Source: Candidatus Helarchaeota archaeon
Lineage (GTDB): Archaea > Asgardarchaeota > Lokiarchaeia > Helarchaeales > RDOG01
Reading direction: 5' to 3'
DNA length: 64,000 nucleotides
NCBI GenBank assembly: GCA_019058315.1
Contig: JAHPZH010000001.1
Span: forward strand, 245,566 to 309,565
Under the pieces are notes generated by a model. That model was given only the letters and a program-made list of their open reading frames with translations, was not told the origin of the DNA and did no database searches. Every line of letters begins with the position of its first letter. The stretch's first letter is position 1. Below are positions 6,902 through 17,808 of this stretch, piece by piece. The translations under genes were made by a program, and so were the position numbers.

Positions 6902-9418
6902 TTACATTCCCGTTTCAATTTCATGGATTAAATTATTTATTTCATCAATCCAATGCCTAGCTATAAGCACTGCTTCTTGTTGATTCCTTCCCTCCGCATA
7001 TATTTCAAAGGAATCATCTATTGCAGAAGGTTTTATTAGAACCCATCCATAATCTTCAAAAAACATTTTAATTCCATCTAGAGTGTTAAAATTAAAATAA
7101 TAAGCTTCTTCAATCAAATTTAACATTACTTTTCCCCGTATAGTAATGGGACATGGAACAATCTCTTTTGCCATGAAAAAGTGTGGAATTTCCTTAGTTA
7201 ATTCGCTTAAAGATTTCTCTTTTTTAACAAGATATTCCGTTAGATAGGCTGCAGCAAGTATCCCATCCCGTACAATATGAAAATCGGGAAAAACAAACCC
7301 ACCTGTTTCTTCTCCGCCAAATATTGCCCTTTCTTTTTGAACCATTTCTAATAAAGGGCGATTTCCAGTTTTAGTCCTAATAACTGAGCCATTATATTCT
7401 TCTACAACCTGTTCAATAATATGTGAGGTGTGAACAGGAACAGCTATTTTGCCTTTTCTCTTTTCTAAAAGCCTGATTTTAGAAAAAAGTGTAACTGCAG
7501 TATCGCCTTCTAGAATTTCACCTTTTTCATCAACAAATAAAACTCTACCTGCATCTTCATTAAGGAAAAATCCTAAATCTGCATTAAGAGCTTTAACTGT
7601 TTTTGATAAATTTGAAAGTGCTTCAGTATGAGGAGAAAAATCTTTTAATGGAATTGTGGTTTCCCACATAGTATTAAGAGAAATTACTTCACAACCCAAT
7701 TTTTGAAAAACTTGTGGTGCAATAAGAGAACCAGCACCATTGCCACAATCTAAAACTATTCTTGGCCTTCTTTTTTCAATGATTTCTCCATTAATAAATG
7801 CCAATATCCTTTCTAAATATTGTTCGTACGCCATTTTAAAAGAGACTATATCTCTAATTTGGTTAGGGTTTACTCTTTTAATATTTTCTTTAAAAAATAT
7901 ATCTTCTATTTGTTTGGATCCTTTTGGTGAGATTTCTATACCATCATTTTCAAATATCTTTACATTAATTGAGTTTATTTCCGCAAAAGGAACTTTTACT
8001 AAGATGCCTGCTCGACCACCATTAATTTTTGTAGCATATTTAAGTAAAGGAAGTGGCAATGCTTCAACATTATAAACTTCGATACCAGTTGACATCAAAC
8101 CTGACATTAATGCTCTTTTCATCATCCTTGATATCAACATAGTATCTCTTCCTACAAAGACTTTTGATCCGGGACCAAGATAAGTACCAATGGCTGAACC
8201 AAGTTTTGTAATTTTCTCTGGTGTAAATTCATAATTCACAAGGCCCGTTATGCCATATGGACCAAATAAACTCTTTTTTACATATGTGCCATGCTTTAAA
8301 TTCATGTTTATAAATGAACCTGGCTCAATTTCCTTGTTAGGCCAGATTTTTATGTTATGCTTTATAATGCTATGTTCACCTATATGACAATCTTCCCCTA
8401 TTACTGAATTAGCCATAATTTTAGCCCCTTCTCCAATTTCTGTTCGTGGGCAAATTATTACATTATTTTCAATAAATGCATTATCTCGTATGGTAGCGTT
8501 ATTTAAAATAATTGATCTTCTAATTTCAGTATTTTTACCGATACGGACATTATTTCCAATTACTGATAGTCGGTCAATTGTACTATTATCACCTATTTTA
8601 CAATTTTTACCGATTATACATGGTCCCCACAAATTTGCACTGGAAGAAATTTCAGTTCCCTCCCCAATCCATACATTTTCTTTTATTTCTTTCCCCAAAT
8701 GGTCTAAATTAATTCTTTTTGCTAAAACATCATGATTTGCTTGAACATATTTAGTATTTTCTCCAATATCTAACCAATAACAGTTCATAGAAAATCCATA
8801 CATCGGAAAATTCTCTTTCAATAATTTTGGAAAAAGTTGTTTACTGAAATCAAATTTTTCGCCCTTCATAATAAATTGAAGAACATGAGGCTCCAAAATA
8901 TAAATTCCAGCATTTATTTTATCAGAAAATATTTGACTCCAACCGGGTTTTTCTAAGAATTTAGTGATTCTATGATTATCATCAGTCACTACGATTCCAT
9001 AAGCAACTGGAATTTCAGCAGTAGTTAGTGCTAATGTAGCTGTAGATTCATTACTTTTATGGAATTCATACATCTGTTTTAGGTTTAGATCTGTGATAAT
9101 ATCACTACTTATTACAAGAAATGTTTCATTAAATTGGTCTTCTAGGAGCTTTAAGGCTCCAGCTGTTCCAAGAGGAAAAGTTTCCTTAAAATATGTTATC
9201 TTAACTCCTAATTCTTTTCCATCCCCTAACAGATCCTCAATTTGGTTTCCCAAATACCCAATTGTAATTATTATTTCATCAAATCCATGCTTTTTCAATA
9301 AATTAATAGTATGAATAATCATTGGAGTATTTACTATCGAAGCTATAGGTTTTGGAATATTACTGGTTAAAGGTCGTAATCGAGTTCCTTTTCCACCAGC
9401 CAAAATAACTGCTTTCAT
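6902..9418 (-). CDS. Mannose-1-phosphate guanylyltransferase-like NTP transferase + hexapeptide repeat + PMM/PGM-like fusion
   Basis: ILAGGKGTRLRPLT..PKP, PLGTAG, FLEKP, YWLDIG; left-handed beta-helix repeats; LFGPYGITG, GRDT, LDCGNGAG, GGEETGG, RDGI phosphohexomutase motifs. Confidence 0.9.
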   Translation of the reverse strand: MKAVILAGGKGTRLRPLTSNIPKPIASIVNTPMIIHTINLLKKHGFDEIIITIGYLGNQIEDLLGDGKELGVKITYFKETFPLGTAGALKLLEDQFNETFLVISSDIITDLNLKQMYEFHKSNESTATLALTTAEIPVAYGIVVTDDNHRITKFLEKPGWSQIFSDKINAGIYILEPHVLQFIMKGEKFDFSKQLFPKLLKENFPMYGFSMNCYWLDIGENTKYVQANHDVLAKRINLDHLGKEIKENVWIGEGTEISSSANLWGPCIIGKNCKIGDNSTIDRLSVIGNNVRIGKNTEIRRSIILNNATIRDNAFIENNVIICPRTEIGEGAKIMANSVIGEDCHIGEHSIIKHNIKIWPNKEIEPGSFINMNLKHGTYVKKSLFGPYGITGLVNYEFTPEKITKLGSAIGTYLGPGSKVFVGRDTMLISRMMKRALMSGLMSTGIEVYNVEALPLPLLKYATKINGGRAGILVKVPFAEINSINVKIFENDGIEISPKGSKQIEDIFFKENIKRVNPNQIRDIVSFKMAYEQYLERILAFINGEIIEKRRPRIVLDCGNGAGSLIAPQVFQKLGCEVISLNTMWETTIPLKDFSPHTEALSNLSKTVKALNADLGFFLNEDAGRVLFVDEKGEILEGDTAVTLFSKIRLLEKRKGKIAVPVHTSHIIEQVVEEYNGSVIRTKTGNRPLLEMVQKERAIFGGEETGGFVFPDFHIVRDGILAAAYLTEYLVKKEKSLSELTKEIPHFFMAKEIVPCPITIRGKVMLNLIEEAYYFNFNTLDGIKMFFEDYGWVLIKPSAIDDSFEIYAEGRNQQEAVLIARHWIDEINNLIHEIETGM

Positions 9419-9537
9419 ATCTTCGCAACCAAGAAAAGTTAAAAACTAATTATCAAATTGAAGGTTGTTATAAATAGACATATATAATATATTTAATAAT
9501 ATTATAAATTACTTTACTTAATAAGGGTATTTCAATT

Positions 9538-12500
9538 ATGAAAACTCAAAGTGTTCTAAAAAGATTAGTTATAATGTTTTTTTTCATTTTTTCACCATTT
9601 TTATCACTATTTTTACTTAATAATTCATCCTTTTCATTCCCTGATTTGAATAACCTTAAAAATAATTCTTATACAAACCCTCCCCTCTCAAAAACTCCTC
9701 TAAATCTTGGAACTTCAACAAACATTGCTATTAATGACCAAGGAAATGATCTTTCATATCAGGCGGTAGCTAATGTAACAGGAAGCACCTCATTTTTTCT
9801 AACTCCATTTCCCGTAGAAACAAACGTATGGAATATCACCTATACTTCTTTTAATATAACTAATATTAAGGCGGGCACAGTGATCCAGATTCAAGAAAAT
9901 GATAGTAATTCTCAGGAACCAGTAGATACAACAAAGTTATTTGCAAGGCAATTTTCTGTATATAATAGTTGTGTAATTAATAATTTTTCCATTTATAGAA
10001 GTGCCCTTGCTAATGATACTCTTCAACTCACTAACGGAAGCACCGTAAATGTCGATTATGGTCCATTAAATGTTTCCCTGATAATCTGGAATGCAACATT
10101 TTCAGGGCTCTGGTATGAACCTGATGAACCCATTAAAAAAACAACTTTAATAGATAATTATTATGGATGGGCAATGAATGGCTCTCCTCAGCATATTGAA
10201 TACCCAGAAATAGGCTGGGAAACCTTTGATATGAGTAATTTTTACTTAAATGCTGATAATACTCAAAACAATTTATTTTTCATTTCTATCAATACATCAA
10301 GAAGTAATTCAACTTATGATGGAAAACCCATTAGTTCCCATTATAGATGGTATTTACAAAATTCTACATTGTTTAGTCATTATACTGTAAATTCAACAGA
10401 TGGTGGCAATAATTGGGGTGTACCCACTATTCTTCCAACTTATTCTATGACTCTTAGAGTTATGCTCTCTCTCCCAGACACATTCTATCCCTCAAATATT
10501 AGTTTAACAATTGAGGGTATTCCTGTAAATGATACAACTACTACCAATCAAGGTAACTGGAAAAGATTGTATTTTTATCCCTATGATGGTGATAATTACG
10601 AATATTATTCAGCCTCATCAAATTGGCCAATTATTTCTTTTGACGTTTCATTTAATTGTACTATGAATAAAAGTGGATCTATTTCATCTTATTATTTAGC
10701 AAATGGAACAAAAGATTACATAGATTGGAATTCTACGCTAAATTTTGATCTTCCAAATAGTAATTTAAATAATACAATTCAAATAACGTTCCCAGTAAGT
10801 TGGAATATTACTTGGATTACTCCAAGTCAAAATTCAATAAATTTCACTCAAGGATCGAATAAAATTCTCGAAATTTATAATGGTACTGTTGGAAATATAA
10901 TAACATATTACAGGAGCCCTAATTATATAAACAAAATTTCCATTGAACAATATAAGGGTGGTACCGTATATTTGGATAGTGGATTTACTCAATATATTGA
11001 TGAAACGATCAGAATTAATGCCACATTCAGTAAAAATGTTACATCAGAAATTGCAAACCTTTCTATTTTTGATTTCAATAATAAAATAAATTATACCAAA
11101 CAACGAAATCCATTGAATGCTATTGTGTCATTTCCGAATTGGGATATTGAGACTACAACAAAATCTAATGGTTCATATTTGATTCGTATCTTTTGGACAA
11201 ATGGTACAGCTGTGGGAATAAATTCTACTATTCTCCATATTATATACCCAACAAAATCCTCCTTGATATCCCCCTCCACAACACAGATATTCTATAATCA
11301 ACCAATAAATTTAACAATTTATTTTGAAAACGATTTTTCAGATAATATTTATGGAGAAGTTGGAATCCAAAATGCAAATGTAACTGCAATATTTAATGAA
11401 ACATCAAATATTTACAATTTGAACGAAACTCTCGGAGCCGGTTATTATAATACCACAATAGACACCTCTGGTTTCGAAAATGGAACCTATGATCTTAATA
11501 TTACTATCCAAAAATATGGTTATCAAAATAAATCCTATAATTTACAAATTGAAATTCTCTATAATACTTCCTTATTTATAAATACAACCTCTCTAACAAT
11601 ATATTACTCTGAAACCTTTGATGTTGAACTTAACTATAATAGATCCGATCTTTATATCAATAATGGGGTTAATGCTTCTACAATTCAAGTTCTAATTAAC
11701 GGGACCGATGAAACTTCTAATATAACAATTGATAATACAGAAGAAAATGTAGGAAATTATACTTTACATTTCAACACTACTAATTGTAGTAATCTTCTGC
11801 CAAATTTTGCAATAATTATCATTAAAATTTCAAAACAAGGATTTTATGAAAGGCAAGCACAAATAAACATAACGATATTAAAGGCGATAACAACTTTAGA
11901 AAATTATACCATTATGAAAAGACGAGGCGGATTAGAAGTTTTTAATATTACAGTATTTTATAATAACACTATATTAAATAAGGGTATTAGCGGGGCTAAT
12001 TTCTCAATATATAAAGATGGTTTACTTATTGTTGAAGTTTTTTCTCTAACAGAATTGAATAATGATACTTTTTATCTATATGATTTTCAAAACGGAACAT
12101 ACAATATAGGAATGAATATAACGATAGGTAAGAACTATACAATGGAAATACTTATCGTATCAAATAAAATTGGCTATATTAACGGGAGTAAGACAGTATA
12201 CCAAGATATTTGGGTTCGTGCTACAATTGTTCCTATTTTTATTTTCTCCAACACTGTAACTTATGGTCAGAACCAAACAATAACCTTGCAATATAATGAA
12301 ACTGATGGAATTGGTATTTCTTCAGCAAATGTTTTTTCAACATGGGATGAAATTGGGTTCTTTGATGAATTTTTAACTGATTTTACGAATGGTACCTATA
12401 CTCTTACCTTTGATACTAACTTAACAATGGCTGGAAATCATTCAATTATTGTTCATGCCAGGAAAAATGGTTATGAATGGAATTCTACCACAATCACATT

Positions 12501-14385
12501 TCGTATTACTGGGTATCTCACAAATATTACCACCTTAAATTCAAGTATACATTTTATCTTTGTAAATGATTCAATCTTTAATATCCGAATCCGATATTAT
12601 AATATAAGTGATATTTTCAATATAAGCAATGGTAATGTTATATTTCAATTAAGAAATGGTAGTAATTATTTATTTGATTCAGAGGTCACATCAAACTATA
12701 TCTCATATCAAAACGAAACTAATGGAGAGTATAATTTCACAATTCATACCACAAGTCTACATGCAAGTATATACAGTTTAAATATCACAATTGAATTTCA
12801 TAATATTTCTATCGCTTTTGAATATAGTATAATTTCATTTATTATAAACATAACCCGACTACCTTCTAACCTAACATCTATATTACACACTGGAAATTGG
12901 TGGAAGAATCAAAATACTTCTCTGCAATGGTTTGAGTGTGAAAATATTACTATATATATTAATTTTAAAGCAGATTTTTATGATACTGGTGTTCCTATTG
13001 TAGGTAATGTTTCCTGGGGTAATTTATACTATGAAATTACTAAAGTTGGAGAGGTAATACCAGTACTTCAAGGACAATTCCTTAATCTTGGTGGTGGAAT
13101 TTATGAGGCTATTATAAATTTGAGCATGCCAATTCGAAGTAAGACATCAGAAAATTACAATTTAAGTATAACTGGAGTCGCTCTTGACGTTCAAAATGTG
13201 ACCACAGAAATAGATCTGAAAGTTATTGCAAAGAAGGAAATTTTGATACTGTTCCTCCCACTACAAGAAGAAATCGTTGAAAACGATATTATCCTAATAA
13301 GGATTCTTGCTTTGGATACTTTAGGACACCTTGCAAATGGTGAAACTCTAATAATTAATATTCATATTGCAACATCCGCTGGATATTATAATTTTAAAAT
13401 TCCTGTTAAAATAGTAGGTGGAGTTGCGGCTATTAATTTACAGATACCTTATAATGTTATAGGGATTGTAATTGAAGCTAAAACAGAAAGCTCTATGACG
13501 AGTTGGGCTTCTAAATCATACTATCAACCTGTTCCAACTTTGCCCCCTATTTATAATTCAGTAAGATTCTTAAGATTCGCTTGGCCATTTATAACTGCTT
13601 TTACAATAGCTGCTGTAGCACTCTATTACTATAAAAGAAAATATAAACCTAAAAAAATTAAACAGAAAGAAGTTCGGGATACTATTTCATATAGGTTTAA
13701 ATCAGCTGCAAATTTAGTTCATGTTCTAGTTTATGATCAAAAGACTTCCGAATTATTATATGTTTATTCCACTCCCGGTATTAGACTAACATCATATCTG
13801 ATTAATAGTATTTTAGAAAGTATCTCAATGTACGATAATATGACAGTTACACGTGAAGAAATTTATCTCAGAGATGATGCTCGGCTTATTTTACATGATG
13901 GTGAATTTGTTCGTATAGCTATGATAACTAAAGAATTACCTTCTGTTGAAATGCAAAAACAATTAGAGCACTTCTTAAGCGAATTTGAATTAAAATTCGG
14001 GAAAATGATACCTGAATGGAGGCAAGATATTTCTAGACTTGCACGTATGATGGATATGGGTTTTGCCAACGAATTAATTGAGCTGGCGTTTGAGAAATCC
14101 TTAACATTCCCTCATAATATAGCTCTACCCGAAGAAGGAGAAAAATTAACTGATTTAGAATCAGCACTCTATGAACTTGCTAAAAATATCCGTAGTAAAT
14201 CTGGACCATTTCTATTACAACGTCTTATTGCCAGAGGACATACCGAATTATCTCCAAAACCACTACTACAAATAATGGAAGGTGTATATAATTTACGTAA
14301 AAAGAAAGCTCTTATACCAATTAGTCCAAAGGAAGCTCAACGGTTAAAGGATGAAACTTTTAAAAAAGGAATTAATGGGAAATAA
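9538..14385 (+). CDS. Giant single-pass surface glycoprotein with Ig-like ectodomain and cytoplasmic longin-like domain
   Basis: Signal/TM N-terminus; Asn/Thr-rich beta repeats (G-x-Y-x-L-x-x-DT..K-x-GY) with very many NxS/T sequons; TM helix followed by YYYKRKYK; cytoplasmic beta-beta-alpha-beta-beta-beta-alpha pattern (VHVLVYD..LINSILESI..GEFVRIAMI..LEHFLSEFE). Confidence 0.75.
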   Translation: MKTQSVLKRLVIMFFFIFSPFLSLFLLNNSSFSFPDLNNLKNNSYTNPPLSKTPLNLGTSTNIAINDQGNDLSYQAVANVTGSTSFFLTPFPVETNVWNITYTSFNITNIKAGTVIQIQENDSNSQEPVDTTKLFARQFSVYNSCVINNFSIYRSALANDTLQLTNGSTVNVDYGPLNVSLIIWNATFSGLWYEPDEPIKKTTLIDNYYGWAMNGSPQHIEYPEIGWETFDMSNFYLNADNTQNNLFFISINTSRSNSTYDGKPISSHYRWYLQNSTLFSHYTVNSTDGGNNWGVPTILPTYSMTLRVMLSLPDTFYPSNISLTIEGIPVNDTTTTNQGNWKRLYFYPYDGDNYEYYSASSNWPIISFDVSFNCTMNKSGSISSYYLANGTKDYIDWNSTLNFDLPNSNLNNTIQITFPVSWNITWITPSQNSINFTQGSNKILEIYNGTVGNIITYYRSPNYINKISIEQYKGGTVYLDSGFTQYIDETIRINATFSKNVTSEIANLSIFDFNNKINYTKQRNPLNAIVSFPNWDIETTTKSNGSYLIRIFWTNGTAVGINSTILHIIYPTKSSLISPSTTQIFYNQPINLTIYFENDFSDNIYGEVGIQNANVTAIFNETSNIYNLNETLGAGYYNTTIDTSGFENGTYDLNITIQKYGYQNKSYNLQIEILYNTSLFINTTSLTIYYSETFDVELNYNRSDLYINNGVNASTIQVLINGTDETSNITIDNTEENVGNYTLHFNTTNCSNLLPNFAIIIIKISKQGFYERQAQINITILKAITTLENYTIMKRRGGLEVFNITVFYNNTILNKGISGANFSIYKDGLLIVEVFSLTELNNDTFYLYDFQNGTYNIGMNITIGKNYTMEILIVSNKIGYINGSKTVYQDIWVRATIVPIFIFSNTVTYGQNQTITLQYNETDGIGISSANVFSTWDEIGFFDEFLTDFTNGTYTLTFDTNLTMAGNHSIIVHARKNGYEWNSTTITFRITGYLTNITTLNSSIHFIFVNDSIFNIRIRYYNISDIFNISNGNVIFQLRNGSNYLFDSEVTSNYISYQNETNGEYNFTIHTTSLHASIYSLNITIEFHNISIAFEYSIISFIINITRLPSNLTSILHTGNWWKNQNTSLQWFECENITIYINFKADFYDTGVPIVGNVSWGNLYYEITKVGEVIPVLQGQFLNLGGGIYEAIINLSMPIRSKTSENYNLSITGVALDVQNVTTEIDLKVIAKKEILILFLPLQEEIVENDIILIRILALDTLGHLANGETLIINIHIATSAGYYNFKIPVKIVGGVAAINLQIPYNVIGIVIEAKTESSMTSWASKSYYQPVPTLPPIYNSVRFLRFAWPFITAFTIAAVALYYYKRKYKPKKIKQKEVRDTISYRFKSAANLVHVLVYDQKTSELLYVYSTPGIRLTSYLINSILESISMYDNMTVTREEIYLRDDARLILHDGEFVRIAMITKELPSVEMQKQLEHFLSEFELKFGKMIPEWRQDISRLARMMDMGFANELIELAFEKSLTFPHNIALPEEGEKLTDLESALYELAKNIRSKSGPFLLQRLIARGHTELSPKPLLQIMEGVYNLRKKKALIPISPKEAQRLKDETFKKGINGK

Positions 14386-14386
14386 T

Positions 14387-14956
14387 CTATAAACTATCCC
14401 TCAACATAGCCCAGAAAGGCACATCTGTTTTAGGAATAATTGTTTCTTCTACAATTTTAAAATTAAAATGTTTGTAAATTGAAACATTTCTTTCCTTATT
14501 TGTATATAAATAAACAGGTAATTTTTCTTGATCAATTCTCCCTAACATGGATCTTAAAAGTAGACTTGCATATCCCTTTCCCTGAAACTCAGGATCTACT
14601 GCAAGAGGTGATAAATACCAATGTGGGAAAGGAGCATATCGTTGTTGCACAGAATACACAAATTGTTCAACGCGTTGTATTTTTCTAGTAACATTCCTCT
14701 CAAATTTGGATATTAATTCAATACCACCGCACTCTAACATTCTTTCAATGGTCATTATAGCACTTTCAGGAGGCCACCAAGCTGCTATTCCTTCTAATTT
14801 ATTAGATATTGAATAAACTTTTCCATAAAAAACACCATAACGAATTAAAAACTCAAAAGCATAACCACTATTAATTAACCTATCAGCATCATCTGGAAAA
14901 TAATACATCGTTAAAGGATCATCAAAGAAAGCTCTAGCACATAAATCTGCGGCCAA
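14387..14956 (-). CDS. GNAT family N-acetyltransferase (puromycin-acetyltransferase-like)
   Basis: AFFDDP, PHWYLSPLAVDPEFQGKGYAS, NVSIYKHFNF; true start may be upstream (CTG 15007). Confidence 0.88.
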   Translation of the reverse strand: MAADLCARAFFDDPLTMYYFPDDADRLINSGYAFEFLIRYGVFYGKVYSISNKLEGIAAWWPPESAIMTIERMLECGGIELISKFERNVTRKIQRVEQFVYSVQQRYAPFPHWYLSPLAVDPEFQGKGYASLLLRSMLGRIDQEKLPVYLYTNKERNVSIYKHFNFKIVEETIIPKTDVPFWAMLRDSL

Positions 14957-15025
14957 TTTGATATTATCTTCATTTATAAGAATAAGATCCTTTGATTTGG
15001 AAGACAGTTTACTTAATCCCTTCTA

Positions 15026-15916
15026 TTATTTTAAAAAAGAAAGACTTTTTTCTAATCTCTTTATTGTTTTTTCACTTAAAGATGGTAAAGGGCTTCGAAC
15101 AACGGTTTCAATATTCCTTCCTAAAATTTTCATTGCCTCTTTTGCCAATGATACACTATTTTGTATTGGGGAAGCATATTGAAGAACATTTACAATTATT
15201 TTGTTGAATTTACCATATAATTCATCAAATACTTTTTGATTCTTGTTTATAAAAGCATTATATAATTGTGAATGAAGTTTTACTGCAAAATTTGAAGACC
15301 CAAGGATTGCTCCTTTTGCTCCTATTTCTAAACTGGGCTTTAATAATGGATCAACACCTACTAAAACAACGAAGTTTGGGTCGTTAACTAGTTCAATAAC
15401 TTCCTTTACATGGTCAATTTTCATTACAGTCTCCTTAACACCAATGATTAACTTATTTTCTGCTAATTTCTGAATTGTACTGGCTTTAATCTCAAATGTG
15501 ATCGAAGGAAAATTGTATAAAAATAAAGGCAAGTTAATTCCATTTGAAAGGGTTTCGAAATAAGAATATACTTCCTTTTTTGTTACAGGAAAATATGCTG
15601 GTAAAATAGCCATAGTAGCATTTGCACCTACATCCTCTGCATATTTTCCCCAATTTATTGCTAATCTCACACTTGGCGAAGAAATCCCCGCAATAACTGG
15701 GACTTTTCCATTAACTTGATCTACTGTAATCTTTAATACTTGCTTTCTTTCTTCATCTGATAAATAGGCAAATTCACCCGTTGAACCCAAAGAAAATATT
15801 CCATGAACTCCATTTTCGATAAGAAAATCAATATGATCCCTTATGGAACTCTCATCTATTGAACCATCTTTCTTGTATAATGTTACTATTGGTGGAATTA
15901 TCCCTTTTATTTTCAT
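15026..15916 (-). CDS. Dihydrodipicolinate synthase/N-acetylneuraminate lyase family class I aldolase
   Basis: GSTGE motif, LYNFP Tyr, Schiff-base Lys in GVKET; substrate not assignable. Confidence 0.9.
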   Translation of the reverse strand: MKIKGIIPPIVTLYKKDGSIDESSIRDHIDFLIENGVHGIFSLGSTGEFAYLSDEERKQVLKITVDQVNGKVPVIAGISSPSVRLAINWGKYAEDVGANATMAILPAYFPVTKKEVYSYFETLSNGINLPLFLYNFPSITFEIKASTIQKLAENKLIIGVKETVMKIDHVKEVIELVNDPNFVVLVGVDPLLKPSLEIGAKGAILGSSNFAVKLHSQLYNAFINKNQKVFDELYGKFNKIIVNVLQYASPIQNSVSLAKEAMKILGRNIETVVRSPLPSLSEKTIKRLEKSLSFLK

Positions 15917-15967
15917 ATATTCATCCCATATATTCAGGTATTTTTTAACACATTAACAAAAAAATAA

Positions 15968-16609
15968 TTAAGAAGCAATATCTGAAATATCACTTCCCCC
16001 TAATGGAGAAGGAAGAATGACTGTATAAAATAATATGAGAAATATTACTGTGGCAGCTATAGCAATAATCACCGCTGCATAAATATATTTTTCCTTGCTT
16101 GTTATTTGACAAATTATATAAAATATTTCAGAATATTCTTTTATTATTCTTTGTAATTCCAAAATATCTTTAAATAAGGGATTGTATTCAGGAAATGCTA
16201 ATTGTCTTTTGATTGAATTAATTTCTGGATTTTGAGTAACAGATATATTCCAATAATGGTGAAACTTATCCTTCCACTTTTTTAAGAATGGTTGGATATG
16301 CTGATTTATAAGCTCTAAAATTATTGAACTCAAAAAAATTTGAATTTCGCCTTTCTTTTGAATGCTAGGACCAAAATTTCGGGGACCTAAATCCTTTATT
16401 TTTTGTATAGCAAATCTAGAAAAATTATCCCATGAATCTATGACGTCAATTAATAAATCCTCTTCTTCTTTAATTTCATTAACACCTATTAAAGGTAATA
16501 ATTCACAATATAATTCCCATATAATTCTTTGATCTTTTTTGTTGAATTTTATTAAGCATTCTCCAAAGGGTTTTGGTAAAGCTACTATCTCTTTCAATTT
16601 TATTCTCAC
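15968..16609 (-). CDS. Hypothetical tail-anchored membrane protein
   Basis: 213-aa helical ORF (WELYCEL..PFLKKW) with one C-terminal TM helix. Confidence 0.65.
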   Translation of the reverse strand: MRIKLKEIVALPKPFGECLIKFNKKDQRIIWELYCELLPLIGVNEIKEEEDLLIDVIDSWDNFSRFAIQKIKDLGPRNFGPSIQKKGEIQIFLSSIILELINQHIQPFLKKWKDKFHHYWNISVTQNPEINSIKRQLAFPEYNPLFKDILELQRIIKEYSEIFYIICQITSKEKYIYAAVIIAIAATVIFLILFYTVILPSPLGGSDISDIAS

Positions 16610-16818
16610 CTTTTCGTGATAATAACCATATTTTCTTTAAAATCTTATTTATTAAATAAGAAAATATGAAATAATTTGAAACTACTTATCATAAAAAGTT
16701 ATTTATTAGAAAAAAAATGTTTACTTCATCATTTCTGAATCTTAAATATTATTATGTATCATCGCTGCAATTTTATATAAGTAATTATATAAAATAATAA
16801 TATCTTTTCTAATATAAT

Positions 16819-17571
16819 ATGGTTAAAAAGATGGTCAAATTTTTGAATATTAATGAATTAAAAACAATTAGACGAATTGGTTGTTTAGGTGCCGTAATTG
16901 GTGCTATTATTTTTATTATTTTAACTATTCTTGCAATGTTAACTTCCTCTTATTTATTTCTATTGATGTATCGTATCCCATATAACTTTCTTTACGATTA
17001 TTTCAGCGATCTTGGAAGAGCATTAGAATATATTATTATCCCAATTACTCAAATCCCTATAAAAATTGTACCTCTTGCACATGACTCTATTTTATGGGAT
17101 GTTGCGATTATAATTGTAGCAATTTCATTCTTTCCTTTTTGGATAATTATTCAAACGCTTTTTAGAGATAATAAGAAGATGAAAATTATTAGTATAATTG
17201 GCTCAATATTGGGTGTGATCTCTACTTTATTCTTCATTGCTGTAGCAGTTTTCCCAGTAGATATTAAAGGAAAAGAACACCTAATCTCAGGGGATGCTTT
17301 TTTCATACTCGTTTCTGCAGCTATACTCCTTTATTCCCTTGATATATTTCTTCGACCTGAATATTATAATAAATATGCTATTTTAGGTGTAGCAATAGTA
17401 ATTTTCATCGCATTTTTCTATATCGTCAGTATTTTCTTTTCTGCAATGATAATTATTTCTATTACTCGACCAAATCCTTTATTACAAAAACTCTCAGTCT
17501 ATAGCATCATTCTATGGGTTGTAGTTCAGACCTGTAGAGTCTGGAGTGAAGTTGGACCACCAAAAACTTGA
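16819..17571 (+). CDS. DUF998-like multi-pass membrane protein
   Basis: YNFLYDYFSDLG motif, AVFPVD..H; about 6 TM helices. Confidence 0.7.
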   Translation: MVKKMVKFLNINELKTIRRIGCLGAVIGAIIFIILTILAMLTSSYLFLLMYRIPYNFLYDYFSDLGRALEYIIIPITQIPIKIVPLAHDSILWDVAIIIVAISFFPFWIIIQTLFRDNKKMKIISIIGSILGVISTLFFIAVAVFPVDIKGKEHLISGDAFFILVSAAILLYSLDIFLRPEYYNKYAILGVAIVIFIAFFYIVSIFFSAMIIISITRPNPLLQKLSVYSIILWVVVQTCRVWSEVGPPKT

Positions 17572-17808
17572 TTAAAAAAATTTTTTAATAATGAATTTCT
17601 GTTAATATTAGAAATTTTGACATTGGTTTGGTAATTAAAAATCTTTAACCATTATAACGAGGTTAAAGATATTATTATAAAATTGAGAACTTTTAAGAAT
17701 AATATATCTCTAATTAAAAATGAATTAATATTCTAATTCATACTATTGTTTATTAAGAAATTCATTCCCTTATCTTAACAATTAAAAAATGACGTACTAG
17801 TGATACAT

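Noticed and set aside
15026-15916. Assigning dapA
   Set aside because: No lysine-pathway neighbours, and family motifs do not separate DHDPS from KDG aldolase or NAL-like enzymes
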